This document shows, one piece after another, positions 41,266 through 51,616 of a stretch of 64,000 bases of DNA; positions within the stretch are counted from its first letter, which is position 1; each line of letters opens with the position of its first letter. Source of the DNA: a virus (Duplodnaviria; Heunggongvirae; Uroviricota; Caudoviricetes); IMG/VR virus record IMGVR_UViG_2740892442_000004; one strand, given 5' to 3'. Under the pieces are notes generated by a model. That model was not told the DNA's origin. It saw only the letters and a list, made by a program, of their open reading frames with translations, and did not search any database. The position numbers and the translations under genes were made by a program.

Positions 41266-42135
41266 ATGAACTTTACCAAACTGACTGACCACCTGAAACT
41301 TGCCACCGATCGACTCATTGGATTTAAGCCAGAACCATATGAGTTGCATGAAGGCCATGGTGTAGCCACTGAAAGTATTTACAAGATGGTCGATCAGTTT
41401 CATGAACTCTTCCAGCATCCGAGACGCGTTATGCCGACACCAGAGCTGCTTCGTCTCCGTGCAAGCCTGATTCATGAAGAAGCTGTAGTGGAAGGTATTC
41501 CAGCTGCAATGAATGGGGATATTGAGCAACTGCTGGATGCAATGGCCGACTTTTTATACGTTGGTGTTGGTACGATGGTCGCCATCAAAGGTGGTATTTC
41601 TACCGGCATGACCTATTACACGCAGGAACAGAGCATTGATCGCTTTATGCAGACAATTTTTGTGCCCGGTAACACTGTTTTCGATGATATGGCAATGCCA
41701 TTTCAGGAAGCTCGTGAGGCGTCATGTATGCTCGAAGAGCTGGCAGATAAACTTGAGAACAAGACTGTTAAGGATTCTGAGCTGATTCAGGAACTGCGCC
41801 GTGTCATGAACAAAATCTATGTGGCGTGCATGATGACCTATCGACTGGCTGATTTCCTCGGTATCAATGTAGTCGAGCTGGTTGGCGAAATTCATCGGTC
41901 TAACATGACAAAATTATGGCCTGCTGATGTAGAGGAACGTCACCAGGCTGTGGCCAACTGCAAATACGACTCTTCAGACCTGGGATTTCGCCATGCTGAT
42001 GGTACCGATAAGATGATCGGTTTTCGAATTTCCGATGGAAAGATTCTGAAGTCTCCAACCTATAGTGATGTCGATTTATCCTCCTTTGTTGAGCAAGCTA
42101 AAGCCTCAGCAATGTACGGAATGATCAAAAAATAA
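41266..42135 (+). CDS. putative all-alpha NTP pyrophosphohydrolase (MazG/HisE-like)
   Basis: Glu-rich helical motifs IHEEAVVEG...DIEQLLDAMADFLYV; weak. Confidence 0.35.
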   Translation: MNFTKLTDHLKLATDRLIGFKPEPYELHEGHGVATESIYKMVDQFHELFQHPRRVMPTPELLRLRASLIHEEAVVEGIPAAMNGDIEQLLDAMADFLYVGVGTMVAIKGGISTGMTYYTQEQSIDRFMQTIFVPGNTVFDDMAMPFQEAREASCMLEELADKLENKTVKDSELIQELRRVMNKIYVACMMTYRLADFLGINVVELVGEIHRSNMTKLWPADVEERHQAVANCKYDSSDLGFRHADGTDKMIGFRISDGKILKSPTYSDVDLSSFVEQAKASAMYGMIKK

Positions 42136-42203
42136 TTGTAGGTAGTTATCTATCTATGTATATTGTGTTGGCGCGTTAAATTCCTGAAACAACTATTCGT
42201 TTT

Positions 42204-42229
42204 TGGTGGCCTATGGCCACCATTTTTTT
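42204..42229 (+). terminator. Rho-independent terminator
   Basis: tggtggcctatggccacca followed by ttttttt. Confidence 0.65.
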
Positions 42230-42306
42230 ATCTATCTGGCCTTGTTCTCTCAATAAATGTAAACTCACGTAATGAATAAGTGGTTACTTATCTTTGTGAG
42301 GTTTTT

Positions 42307-43410
42307 GTGTCACTCCTTTTGAATCGTGAGCATACGAACGGTCAGGTAACAAACGCATCGTATGCAAAAGTTATTGAGACGGTGCTTAAAAGCGGCGTGC
42401 AGGCTGATGATCGCACAGGCACTGGTACTTTAAGCACCTGCTACGTTCCCTCTTACTACATGCTTACTGGTGGGACTGTGCCGCTTATTTCTGGAAAGGC
42501 GGTAAATCTTAAGCCACTGCTTGTCGAACTTGAGTGGTATCTGAAAGGCACGGGCAACATCCAATTTCTCAAGGATAACGGCGTTAAGATTTGGGATGCA
42601 TGGGCCGATGAGAATGGCGATTTGGGGCCGGTTTACGGTAAGCAGTGGCGTCGATGGGAAGATACCCGCATCGTGAGCCATAGTGAATATCTGAGCAAGA
42701 TCGCTACTTTCCGTGAACGCGGGTACAAAGTCGAGGGATACCTGGGTATCAGTGAAGATCGCGTAGTGCTGTCCCGTGAAATCGATCAGCTACAGCGTAT
42801 TGTCGATACACTGCGCACGAACCCTACCGATCGTCGCATCATGCTTAACGCATGGAACGTAGGCGAGCTTGAGGATATGAAACTGCCACCTTGCCACTTT
42901 GTCTTCTCTTTGTGGAGTCGTGAGCTGGATTTTGAAACCCGTTTAACGATGGCAACTGACATTGGTCTTCAACACAGTCGCCTCGGTTACGAGTCTATCT
43001 ACACCAAGATGCTATACGATCTGGAGATGGACGGCAGTGTTACTGAAGCTGAACTGGATGAACTTGGAATCCCCAAACGCATCCTCAACTCCTGCCTCGT
43101 ACAGCGTAGCGTAGACACTTTTGTTGGTATGCCATTCAATATTGCTGGCTATGGCATTCTCACTCATTTTCTCGCGAAGATTACGGGTCACATGGCCGGT
43201 GCATTTGTGCATTTTGGCTTTGACGTGCATTTGTACAACAACCACATGGAAGGTGTGTGTGAGCTAATGAAACGACAGGCTCCAGAGCATTCAGATCCGG
43301 TCGTTATTTTCCCTCATGAATGGTCAGAGTTGGATGATTTCAAATGGGACGAGGTTTTAATTCTTGGCTATGACCCTCTATCGTGGATCAAGGTTCCAGT
43401 GGCGGTGTGA
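42307..43410 (+). CDS. thyA: Thymidylate synthase (ThyA-like) with internal insertion
   Basis: DRTGTGTLS, GPVYGKQWRRW, catalytic PPCHF, LVQRSVDTF...PFNIAGYG; about 50-65 aa insert after the catalytic Cys; start uncertain (ORF opens 42280). Confidence 0.7.
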   Translation: MSLLLNREHTNGQVTNASYAKVIETVLKSGVQADDRTGTGTLSTCYVPSYYMLTGGTVPLISGKAVNLKPLLVELEWYLKGTGNIQFLKDNGVKIWDAWADENGDLGPVYGKQWRRWEDTRIVSHSEYLSKIATFRERGYKVEGYLGISEDRVVLSREIDQLQRIVDTLRTNPTDRRIMLNAWNVGELEDMKLPPCHFVFSLWSRELDFETRLTMATDIGLQHSRLGYESIYTKMLYDLEMDGSVTEAELDELGIPKRILNSCLVQRSVDTFVGMPFNIAGYGILTHFLAKITGHMAGAFVHFGFDVHLYNNHMEGVCELMKRQAPEHSDPVVIFPHEWSELDDFKWDEVLILGYDPLSWIKVPVAV

Positions 43411-43411
43411 T

Positions 43412-43825
43412 ATGGCAAGAGGTATGTATGTCTTATGCGAAATTGAAGGTGTGCTGGCAAATGCCAGCCATCGTAAATCAGTATCTGACGCGGATGCAGG
43501 CCAGCTCATTGCCGGTGATGAACTCATTTTCCCCACCAGCCGTATGTTGCGTGGTTTTGCTCGCTCAGGGGCTGAAGTGGTGCTTATCAGTAGCCGCTCT
43601 GAAACTCTTGAAGCGCCAACTAAACGATGGCTGAAAGATTTTGGCGTTGATTATGACTGGCTTCATCTCGTACCGAATGGCACCAGTTATGAGAAGCATA
43701 TTAAGCGCACATTAGCGGAGCATAAAGGCGATCTGCTTATCGCTGCGCTGGTGCACGATCCTCGACTCCGTGCCGCTTTAGCCGACTCTCACCATCGACC
43801 GGTCATCTATGAGGTGAGCAAATGA
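43412..43825 (+). CDS. hypothetical protein
   Basis: ORF opens at 43364; ATG 43412 just after thyA stop. Confidence 0.4.
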   Translation: MARGMYVLCEIEGVLANASHRKSVSDADAGQLIAGDELIFPTSRMLRGFARSGAEVVLISSRSETLEAPTKRWLKDFGVDYDWLHLVPNGTSYEKHIKRTLAEHKGDLLIAALVHDPRLRAALADSHHRPVIYEVSK

Positions 43826-44298
43826 AGATGATCGCTGCTGTTGGCCGTAACTATGAGATCGGCATAGCGAATGAACTCCCCTGGCGTTGTTCTACCGATC
43901 TGAAGCTATTTAAGAGACTCACCAAAAACGCCACTGTCGTTATGGGGCGTAAAACGATGGAAAGTCTCAAACGCCCTCTTCCAGAGCGTCATAACCTCGT
44001 TTTGACGCGCTCTCATGGCTTTGTACCAAATGGATTCTACCCTGCTGGTGTGGATGATGTGTTGCGATTACCAGAGCCTGTGTGGGTGATTGGCGGGGAA
44101 CAAATTTACTCGCTATTCATGCCGCATGTTGAAGAGATTTGGCTCTCCCACATCGGCGTTGATGTGCCAAACGCCGATGCATTCTTCCCGGCAAGCATGA
44201 TGCGTAATTTAGGCTTTGTGCCTGTTGAAACAGCTTATACCCAACGAGCCAGCGAGGAAGAGCCTGGCTTTTCGCAGATCGTATACAGAAGGTCGTAA
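43822..44298 (+). CDS. folA: Dihydrofolate reductase
   Basis: IAAVGRNYEIG...LPW...VVMGRKT...RPLPER...VIGG motifs; 158 aa. Confidence 0.8.
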   Translation: MKMIAAVGRNYEIGIANELPWRCSTDLKLFKRLTKNATVVMGRKTMESLKRPLPERHNLVLTRSHGFVPNGFYPAGVDDVLRLPEPVWVIGGEQIYSLFMPHVEEIWLSHIGVDVPNADAFFPASMMRNLGFVPVETAYTQRASEEEPGFSQIVYRRS

Positions 44299-44732
44299 TG
44301 GATTACCGGATTGGGATCACTGGTGCTCAGGGCAGTGGGAAAACAACCCTGGCTAAATATATCGACAAACATTACGGAATCCCTTACGTGGATGCTGGTG
44401 TCGGAAGTTTGATGAGCCGCCTCGGTGTTCGAGTAGGTGATTCTATGCCTCTATATGAGCGGCTTCAGATTCAAATGGAAATAGCAAAGCATATAGAGCT
44501 ACTTACGCGTGGTGTTGAAGGCTTTGTTATCGATCGCACACCTGCTGATGTTATGGCCTACACGTTGGATTTGGTCGGCCATACAAATGAAGATCGGTGT
44601 ATTGAGTTAGCCCTCGATATCGAAAAGTTTTGCCACAAAACTGCTATTTCAAACTTTAACGCCATTGCTGCTTACGCCCGGGAGTCGCTCTCTCAGAGCG
44701 AGATTACTTGCGATCACAACGAGCATCATTAG
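44298..44732 (+). CDS. P-loop nucleotide kinase-like protein (may continue in another frame to about 44941)
   Basis: Walker A GITGAQGSGKTTLAKY; downstream ORF 44708-44941 in a shifted frame could be its C-terminus. Confidence 0.45.
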   Translation: MDYRIGITGAQGSGKTTLAKYIDKHYGIPYVDAGVGSLMSRLGVRVGDSMPLYERLQIQMEIAKHIELLTRGVEGFVIDRTPADVMAYTLDLVGHTNEDRCIELALDIEKFCHKTAISNFNAIAAYARESLSQSEITCDHNEHH

Positions 44733-45002
44733 ACCGTCTGTATGTCGCTCGTATTGATGCGTTGATGTGCGGGGAACTGACAAAAATTCACCTGCATCCG
44801 CAAAGGGGAGATCTGCAAACCTTCGTCGTTTCCAACCGATATCGCACGGTTGAAGCAAGAGCCAGATCAGTGATGAGAATGCTAGATAACGCTGTAGAAA
44901 AGATAGAAAACCGGTTCTGTGGCCGAGTGACCGTTCATTAGAAATTGTTCGCCTCTTCGACATTGCGACAATAAAACTCTCAAAATGGGTTAAGGATAAA
45001 AA

Positions 45003-45421
45003 ATGTTTAGTGAAATGTTGCTTGAAGATGAACTGGATCGGAAAACAACAGAGGCTTTGATTCGTGTAGCGGACGAACATTCCCGGTCGCTTATGAGCGA
45101 TCGAGAGGCTCGTCTGGCTATTCGTGCCATATTCGAACTGCGCAGGGGCTTGTTGGTACACAAGTGGGTGAAGCCATTAACATCGCCATGTCTCAGTTCA
45201 GTGAAGGCAGTAAAAAGCCTCTGTTTCCTATGCATTTGATGCTGGCTGGTGGCACGGTGCTTTATATCTCTGTTTGTCTGGATAGCAACCAAATCAATAT
45301 TCTCAACACTGTGTCAGGTAAGTGGAAAGATCCGATTGTCTGTGAAACCAGTGAAGAAACTTTGAAAAAAGCGGCTCAATTTGTACGTAGCGCACTACTT
45401 AAGGGCGCTAAGAAGTTGTAA
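45003..45421 (+). CDS. hypothetical protein, apparent frameshift at GGGG run near 45170
   Basis: ORFs 45003-45239 and 45164-45421 overlap in adjacent frames across a homopolymer. Confidence 0.35.
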
Positions 45422-45430
45422 GGAGTTCTG

Positions 45431-45988
45431 ATGACAACGATTGTTGCAGGCATCGATATCGAGTCTACGGGACTGGATTTCCTTGCTGGTCATAAAATTA
45501 TTGAAATCGCAATTACCCGCTATGAACTGGAGACACAGAGACATATTGATAGTCTGGAGATGCGTTTTAACCCTCGCAGAAACATAGATCCGAAAGCTCA
45601 AGCCGTTCATGGCATTTCATTGGAACAGCTCGCAGCTGAACCTTTGTTGTCAAATCATGCCAGCGAAATTGGCGCTTATATGGGGGCATGTAGTGTGTGG
45701 GTTGCTCATAACGGCGAAGCATTTGATATACCATTTATTCGACACGAGTTTTCAGGGTATGGAGTAAGACTGCCAGAAGTTCCTGTTATAGATACTATGT
45801 TATCGGGATTGTGGGCCACAGAAGACGGTAAACGTCCCCGCCTTGAAGAGTTGGCCTTCTCTCTTGGCTTTATATACGATCATGCCAAAGCACATAGTGC
45901 CTTATATGACACAAACTTAATGATGCAATGCTTCTTTAAGGCACGTAATAAGTACGGATTTTTTAAATTACCCTCTGAAATTGTGTAA
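45431..45988 (+). CDS. DnaQ-like 3'-5' exonuclease (DEDDh family)
   Basis: Exo I GIDIESTGL; Exo II HNGEAFDIPF; Exo III HSALYD. Confidence 0.7.
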   Translation: MTTIVAGIDIESTGLDFLAGHKIIEIAITRYELETQRHIDSLEMRFNPRRNIDPKAQAVHGISLEQLAAEPLLSNHASEIGAYMGACSVWVAHNGEAFDIPFIRHEFSGYGVRLPEVPVIDTMLSGLWATEDGKRPRLEELAFSLGFIYDHAKAHSALYDTNLMMQCFFKARNKYGFFKLPSEIV

Positions 45989-46146
45989 AACAAAAGCCTA
46001 CTTTAAAAAGTTTAAAGTAGGCTTTCTTTTAAAGAACAGTCGCCTTTCAATCATTTCCTGCCTGTATTTAATACTTTTCCGCCTGATAGGTTTAGTCAAA
46101 ATGTAGCCATCGAAACGCAAATGTAACCAAACAGAAGGAGACTTAC

Positions 46147-46956
46147 ATGAGTTCGGTTGAAAATGTAATGACAAATGATGATCTGGACGAGCTGGCAGCC
46201 ATGTTGCAATCACTTGATGAACCAGTAAAAAAAGCTGCACAGGTTGAAAATACTGATGATATTGACGATCTGCTGCTCGGCCTAGATGCTGGCGTAGCCA
46301 TGAGTTCTGATGATGTTGCCGAAGAACTGTTCAATGAAGAAAAAGCAGGTGATTTCAGCTCAGCTTTAAATGAGTTGGAGTTAGCGCATGAGCCTATAAA
46401 CGTAATTAACGCTGAAAGTGGTGAAGCTGCCGAAAACGAACCAGAACAGTTGGGGATCATCGAGGTTGAAGGGTGTGTTGAGATTAATGATGAATTAAAA
46501 GTTCAACAGTCAAATGATAGCAACACAAATAAAAAAGCGCGTACTGCAAGAGGTCCTCGTTTTGCTCTAAGTGATAAAGATGATGCGTTTTTCAATAAAG
46601 CGGGTTTAGAGAAAGATATTTTTTTAGACGCTTACGATAACGCGCCTGTCAAAGCAAAGGATAAGATATTAAACCTTCTTAATTGGTTTAGCGGAGGTCC
46701 AGATATTAGTGTTTACACGGTAATTTCCATGAGACACCTTCTCACAGAAAAGAAGGCTACAAGTAATAGTATTAAGATTGCTTTAATGAGCAATCCAGAA
46801 AAACCGTATCCGCTTAACACTGCGTCAACTCAGGCTGGGCAAATGATGGCTGTATTTCCAGCGACAGGAATTGCCGTTAGAGACGGTGGAAATCTAACAT
46901 TGAACGAAGAATCACCGATCGTTAAGAAGTTTGTCGCGGAGTACACTATTGGATGA
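46147..46956 (+). CDS. hypothetical acidic protein
   Basis: 269 aa, D/E-rich N-terminal half. Confidence 0.45.
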   Translation: MSSVENVMTNDDLDELAAMLQSLDEPVKKAAQVENTDDIDDLLLGLDAGVAMSSDDVAEELFNEEKAGDFSSALNELELAHEPINVINAESGEAAENEPEQLGIIEVEGCVEINDELKVQQSNDSNTNKKARTARGPRFALSDKDDAFFNKAGLEKDIFLDAYDNAPVKAKDKILNLLNWFSGGPDISVYTVISMRHLLTEKKATSNSIKIALMSNPEKPYPLNTASTQAGQMMAVFPATGIAVRDGGNLTLNEESPIVKKFVAEYTIG

Positions 46957-47014
46957 CGTTCCCCTACTGAAAATAAAGCCCATAGAGAGCTTTATAGTGC
47001 TGGGTAAGCCAATC

Positions 47015-47058
47015 ACATACCCAGCACCACAAAAACGCGCCAGAGAGCTTCTCGTTTG
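47015..47058 (+). terminator. Rho-independent terminator (long stem)
   Basis: acgcgccaga ... tctggcgcgt followed by tttatttg. Confidence 0.55.
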
Positions 47059-47139
47059 CATTTCTGGCGCGTTTTATTTGATTGCCAGACATAAAATCAA
47101 ATGCAAAAATAGGTATTTACTTACCTATCGAGAAAGAAG

Positions 47140-47733
47140 ATGATTGCAGCCGAAAAAATCAAACAGCGAAAGCGCGACAACTCTCTTCGTGACCTCTGGA
47201 GAACACCTGACTGGCTGTTTTCTGCCATTCAACGTTATCTTGGAGTGACATTTGATGTTGACGTTGCCTGCAACAAGGACAATGCAAAGCTGCCTAATTT
47301 CATAGGCGTTGAGCGTGATGCTTTGAAATCTGAATGGGGACAGCCAGGTACAATTGCCTTCCTCAATCCACCCTACTCCAAAATCTCCCCCTGGATTGAT
47401 GCGGCTATACGTGAGCAGGCTCGCGGAGTTACAACAGTGATGCTAATTCCTCAATCCCTAGATACAAAGTGGTATGAGCGTGCAACAGAGTGTGCGAATG
47501 AGACGATTATTCTGTCTGGTGGCCGCGTAGCGTTTGTCGAGCCTGACGTCAATCTGGGTCAGGTAGAAGTAAACATCAACCCAGGTGGCAGTATGCTCGT
47601 TGTTTTTCGAGGATTCTGTCAGGACGCTGGGCACTCTATAAGCAAGATCCCTTTGGACGTCATGAAAAGTCTGGGAGGGTATGATCCTGCGAATGTGATC
47701 AGGAAAAAAAGACCATCAAAGAAGGCTGCTTAG
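47140..47733 (+). CDS. DNA N6-adenine methyltransferase (phage Dam-like)
   Basis: WRTPDWLF N-terminus and FLNPPYS catalytic motif; 197 aa. Confidence 0.7.
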   Translation: MIAAEKIKQRKRDNSLRDLWRTPDWLFSAIQRYLGVTFDVDVACNKDNAKLPNFIGVERDALKSEWGQPGTIAFLNPPYSKISPWIDAAIREQARGVTTVMLIPQSLDTKWYERATECANETIILSGGRVAFVEPDVNLGQVEVNINPGGSMLVVFRGFCQDAGHSISKIPLDVMKSLGGYDPANVIRKKRPSKKAA

Positions 47734-47755
47734 TTTGTTCTGGCGTCTGTAATTA

Positions 47756-47812
47756 GCCTGCTTCTGTATATATAAATAACTACATATTAATTATTAATAT
47801 ACGGAAGCAGGC
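47756..47812. repeat. Long imperfect hairpin, second copy of element at 782-837
   Basis: gcctgcttctgtatatat ... atatacggaagcaggc followed by tgttttg. Confidence 0.5.
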
Positions 47813-47918
47813 TGTTTTGTATCAGAGACTCCAGACCTGAACATCACTACAGAATCCACTAGAACCCCTTCCCAGACGCTTTAAAATCGATTTTATGAAT
47901 CACTTTAAGGAAACTAAC

Positions 47919-48149
47919 ATGTCATACCCGACTAATGTCGTTGCGCTCGTAGAGAGCGATTTTCTGGCCCAGGCCCGTGAAATGATGAAAGACCGCGAGC
48001 AGGCTTTCAACTTGTACGAATGGGCAATTAAGTGCTTGCATCTTGGGGAGCATCGCGAACTTGTTGAACAGCTTTTAGGTGAGTTGATCAACGAGGTGTT
48101 TGCCTTGAATGTTCAACTACATGGTCGAGAAAATAATCAATCGAAATGA
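47919..48149 (+). CDS. hypothetical protein
   Basis: ATG 47919 preceded by AAGGA; ORF opens at 47895. Confidence 0.4.
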   Translation: MSYPTNVVALVESDFLAQAREMMKDREQAFNLYEWAIKCLHLGEHRELVEQLLGELINEVFALNVQLHGRENNQSK

Positions 48150-48169
48150 TAGATAAGTACAAACTATTC

Positions 48170-48650
48170 ATAAAATGAATTGTAAGTGCTAAGATCTGAT
48201 AGTTTCCAGTCGTAGACTGGAGACTCGACCTGATGGGTGGGGGTAAGCGTCACTGGCGTCAGGTTTAAAAAAGCTCACTACCAGCGTAGAACCGGTGCCG
48301 TTTAGGTGTCGGGGAAGGGGGAACCAAAGTGAGCGGAGACAAGGGTCACTTTATGATTGTCGAGTCTGGGGTGTTTCGAGAGGTTGAATCCAGTACTCCC
48401 CTTCATAAAGTGTGGGAAGATCTCGGTTCTGGGGTGCTGTCATCCATAACTTCCCAAGTCTAAGCTGGCAGTAGACTTAGGCCATAACTTTTCAGGTTAT
48501 GAAACGACCAGGTTGGTGAGGGATTTTTATACTCACCTCCCTGGGAGAGTATTACCTGAAAAGACAACCTCTCACTTCGTTCGAGGTGAACTTCACTCAC
48601 TTCGTTCGTTCAGTTCAGGTTTATAAAAACCTGTTCTGGGAAGTAATTTG
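48170..48650. other. ORF-free, GC-rich, hairpin-dense tract (candidate structured RNA or origin-associated element)
   Basis: About 480 bp with no ORF of 60 aa or more on either strand, and several local inverted repeats. Confidence 0.3.
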
Positions 48651-48734
48651 TTTATTTTAATAATTATTAACACGCACGCGTGTGCGCACGCGCGAGGAAA
48701 AAAAATCGGCGCGGCGCTTGATTCAGGAGTTTAT

Positions 48735-49325
48735 ATGACGACGAAGACACCAGCCCGATCGCAAGAAAAAACTCGCAAAAAAGCCAAAAACAAAAATTCT
48801 CCCCGCACCAATTCCACAACGCCTGTCGTAGAGTTCAATCCCCAGCTTAAAACCGTGAAAATCTTCAGTGATGGCTCTTGCCTTAAAAATCCGGGTGGCC
48901 CGGGCGGTTACGGTATCGTTCTTCAGTATCGTGGAGAGGAACGCGAGTTCTCAGATGGTTTTCATAGCACCACCAATAACCGCATGGAGATGATGGGGGC
49001 ACTTATCGGGCTGGAGCGTTTGAAATATCCATGCAACGTTATTTTGCACTCTGATAGCCAGTATCTGAAAAACGGCATGACACAGTGGATGAAATGGTGG
49101 AAACGCAATGGATGGGTGACTTCTGACAAAAAACCGGTAAAGAATGTTGATCTGTGGAAGCGTCTGGATGAGGCTGCAAGTCGACATAATGTTCGCTGGA
49201 AGTGGGTTAAAGGTCACGCCGGGCATCGTGAAAATGAAATATGTGATCGACTCGCGAAGATCGCAGCTTTTTCCGCAGCAGATATGCCTCACAAGAAAGA
49301 TATTGGTTTTGTTTACAACAAGTAG
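48735..49325 (+). CDS. rnhA: Ribonuclease HI with Lys/Arg-rich N-terminal extension
   Basis: [49 protein letters not shown] RNase H motifs; AGGAG Shine-Dalgarno. Confidence 0.8.
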   Translation: MTTKTPARSQEKTRKKAKNKNSPRTNSTTPVVEFNPQLKTVKIFSDGSCLKNPGGPGGYGIVLQYRGEEREFSDGFHSTTNNRMEMMGALIGLERLKYPCNVILHSDSQYLKNGMTQWMKWWKRNGWVTSDKKPVKNVDLWKRLDEAASRHNVRWKWVKGHAGHRENEICDRLAKIAAFSAADMPHKKDIGFVYNK

Positions 49326-49473
49326 TAAGTAAGTGTTTACCTATCATTTTAAATCATGTATCTTATCGGCGTCAGGATGACAATGTGTCGGTAAGACACA
49401 GTTCCAGGATGGAACGAGAAAGGCGGCTGGCAATCGCCAGCCGCAACTCTTTCTGACACTGGATGGAGTCCAC

Positions 49474-49968
49474 ATGGCACGTCAAACCTATTTCACTTCT
49501 GCAACTAAACGTCCTCGTTCACTACGTCAAATTTTGGCCGAATTATTTAGCGGTCGTGTTCTGTCACGTCTTGATGAACTAGAGACTGCCGTTCGGTTGA
49601 TGAATGAACGTTTAGATAAGCAAGCGTCAGTTGTTGCGAACGTGGGGGCGATTGTTACCTCTGGTTCTTCACGCGAAGCGAAAAGTACACGGCCTTTAGT
49701 GAAGGAGAAAAACAACAAGGACAGTTCGAATGGAAAATTTTCAAAGAAAGAGGCTGAAACCAATGGCCTACGTTCTCATTATAGTTTCACTGGCGACGGT
49801 AGCCGTTCCAGCCGGCCAGAGCCTTTTGATGCCGGGTTCATCCATCACCACACCTCCGTCGACGACAATTACCACCACTCCAGTAGAGCGTCCTGTCACT
49901 CTGGATGGGATGACGGTGGATGCGATACCTCAAGTTCATCCAGTTACTCAGGATCATGCTGTGACTAA
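49474..49968 (+). CDS. hypothetical protein
   Basis: 164 aa ORF; Ser/Cys-rich C-terminus. Confidence 0.4.
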   Translation: MARQTYFTSATKRPRSLRQILAELFSGRVLSRLDELETAVRLMNERLDKQASVVANVGAIVTSGSSREAKSTRPLVKEKNNKDSSNGKFSKKEAETNGLRSHYSFTGDGSRSSRPEPFDAGFIHHHTSVDDNYHHSSRASCHSGWDDGGCDTSSSSSYSGSCCD

Positions 49969-49977
49969 GGCGGTTGT

Positions 49978-50175
49978 ATGAACTGGTTTTCAAATCACTT
50001 TGGAAAAACTTGGCTGGCGATTCTGGCTTTCATAGCTCTCATGGCCGCCGGTTGGGTATCGAACATTGTAAAACTCGTTTGCTCTGGTGATCTCCAGTTT
50101 CAGGCTGGTATGACCTTGGCTCGTGTTGTTGGGATTTTTGTTTTTCCAGTCGGTTCGGTACTTGGTTATTTCTGA
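49978..50175 (+). CDS. small membrane protein
   Basis: 65 aa with two hydrophobic segments. Confidence 0.4.
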   Translation: MNWFSNHFGKTWLAILAFIALMAAGWVSNIVKLVCSGDLQFQAGMTLARVVGIFVFPVGSVLGYF

Positions 50176-50230
50176 CGGTTGTTAGTGCATATGCATTGAC
50201 CGTCTTTTCGTAAGCAATTCATGTAACTAG

Positions 50231-50245
50231 AAAACAACTTGTTTT
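50231..50245 (+). promoter_or_regulatory. Palindromic AAAACAACTTGTTTT element
   Basis: Same palindrome family, upstream of ATG 50269. Confidence 0.4.
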
Positions 50246-50268
50246 AACAAATAACAAAAGGAAAGCAC

Positions 50269-50694
50269 ATGTTAGGTTTATTCAAAAAGAAAACTCGTAA
50301 AGCTGTTATCGAGGTCAAAAAAATGGAGAACCGAGATGCGGTTGAAGCCACCGTGTGGGGCGCGTACATGATCTCCTATGCCGATGGCACATGCGACGCA
50401 AAGGAAATTTCCATTCTTGAGAAAACAATTGCAGCTCTGCCTGCGTTTTCTCCGTTTGCTGGTGAGATTGCCCAAATGAGCGCCAATATCCGTGCTCAAT
50501 ACGAAGCCTCACCGCGCCGCGCTAATGCCCAGGCTTTACGTGAGCTGGCTGATGTGGCCGGGACTAATGATGCAGTAGATGTACTGTGTCTGTGCCTTGA
50601 TATTGCCGACCAAGACGGTATTGGCGAACAAGAAGAGCTGGCCCTGAAAAAGATCGCACAGGCGCTTCAGTTGTCACTGGATGCTTATCTCTAA
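50269..50694 (+). CDS. hypothetical protein (possibly TerB-like)
   Basis: 141 aa helical protein; weak resemblance only. Confidence 0.3.
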   Translation: MLGLFKKKTRKAVIEVKKMENRDAVEATVWGAYMISYADGTCDAKEISILEKTIAALPAFSPFAGEIAQMSANIRAQYEASPRRANAQALRELADVAGTNDAVDVLCLCLDIADQDGIGEQEELALKKIAQALQLSLDAYL

Positions 50695-50852
50695 TGCTTG
50701 AGAGATTCCGGCTTGTGACCGTCATTGCTCTTCTGGTGATGGCGGTGTTGGTGGATTTTACGGGAAAGATGATGTCTGTCATTTCTGATGGCGTCCTCAT
50801 TGGTCTGGCGATCTACTTCGCTTATCCGCTAGTCCGTAAAGCAACGTGTTAA
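50694..50852 (+). CDS. small membrane protein (52 aa)
   Basis: MLERFRLVTVIALLVMAVLV...; TAATG overlap with upstream stop; followed by terminator. Confidence 0.4.
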   Translation: MLERFRLVTVIALLVMAVLVDFTGKMMSVISDGVLIGLAIYFAYPLVRKATC

Positions 50853-50856
50853 TGAC

Positions 50857-50882
50857 AAGGGCCAAATGGCCCTTGTGTTTCG
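50857..50882 (+). terminator. Rho-independent terminator
   Basis: aagggccaaatggccctt followed by a T-rich tract. Confidence 0.55.
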
Positions 50883-50991
50883 TTGACCGAAATAGAGAGT
50901 TTGCACCTTTACGTTTAGCTTGCTCCCCTTTTATGCCACATCACAATAAAGCCAATAAGAAAACAACTTGTTTAAGCATTAGGAAAAACAC

Positions 50992-51561
50992 ATGTGCAAG
51001 AAATGCAAAGCGATAGCTGATGAACAAAACGCCTTATTCGAAGAAATGGATGCTAATGAACTGGTCAAAATGTTAGCCATTCTTCGAGGAATAGAAGACG
51101 TTTCCATATTTGAGAGAGTGGTTACAGCACTTAATTTTGAGTCCACCTTTGAAGAGCCAACTCAGGTTGTAGCTTTAGCACATCATTTCGGTGTTCATTA
51201 TCTTGCTGAAAAAGAGCGCGCTGATAAGTTGCAGGCGACTTTGGATATGGTGAGCGAGACTCAACGAACTGATGACACTAACAAGAGTGAGGCGATTATT
51301 GCCAGCAAAGATCGTGAAATTGCTGGGCTTAAATCCTCTCTAACGATGTTGATGTCTGCGTTCAATCTTATGTCTTCTCAGGCGGGTTATAAAATGCCAT
51401 CACTAAACAGCGATGATCCGATGGCCGTTCGTCAGCTTTTGGGAGCAATGGCCGACCAACTCGACGACACAAAGAGTCGGCTTGAAGACATGATGCGTGA
51501 GTTAAGCCATCGACATAACCTCGCAACACAGCCACACAAAGCCTTTCAAAGCTCTAATTGA
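50992..51561 (+). CDS. hypothetical protein
   Basis: 189 aa ORF with palindrome + AGGAAAAACACATG leader. Confidence 0.45.
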   Translation: MCKKCKAIADEQNALFEEMDANELVKMLAILRGIEDVSIFERVVTALNFESTFEEPTQVVALAHHFGVHYLAEKERADKLQATLDMVSETQRTDDTNKSEAIIASKDREIAGLKSSLTMLMSAFNLMSSQAGYKMPSLNSDDPMAVRQLLGAMADQLDDTKSRLEDMMRELSHRHNLATQPHKAFQSSN

Positions 51562-51616
51562 TCTGATATGGCCGCATGATCGGCCATATTGTGTTGATAA
51601 AAAACAAGGATGAAAA

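Noticed and set aside
48170-48650. RNase P RNA, tmRNA or 6S RNA
   Set aside because: No recognisable match to the conserved regions of those RNAs as recalled; left as an unassigned structured tract.
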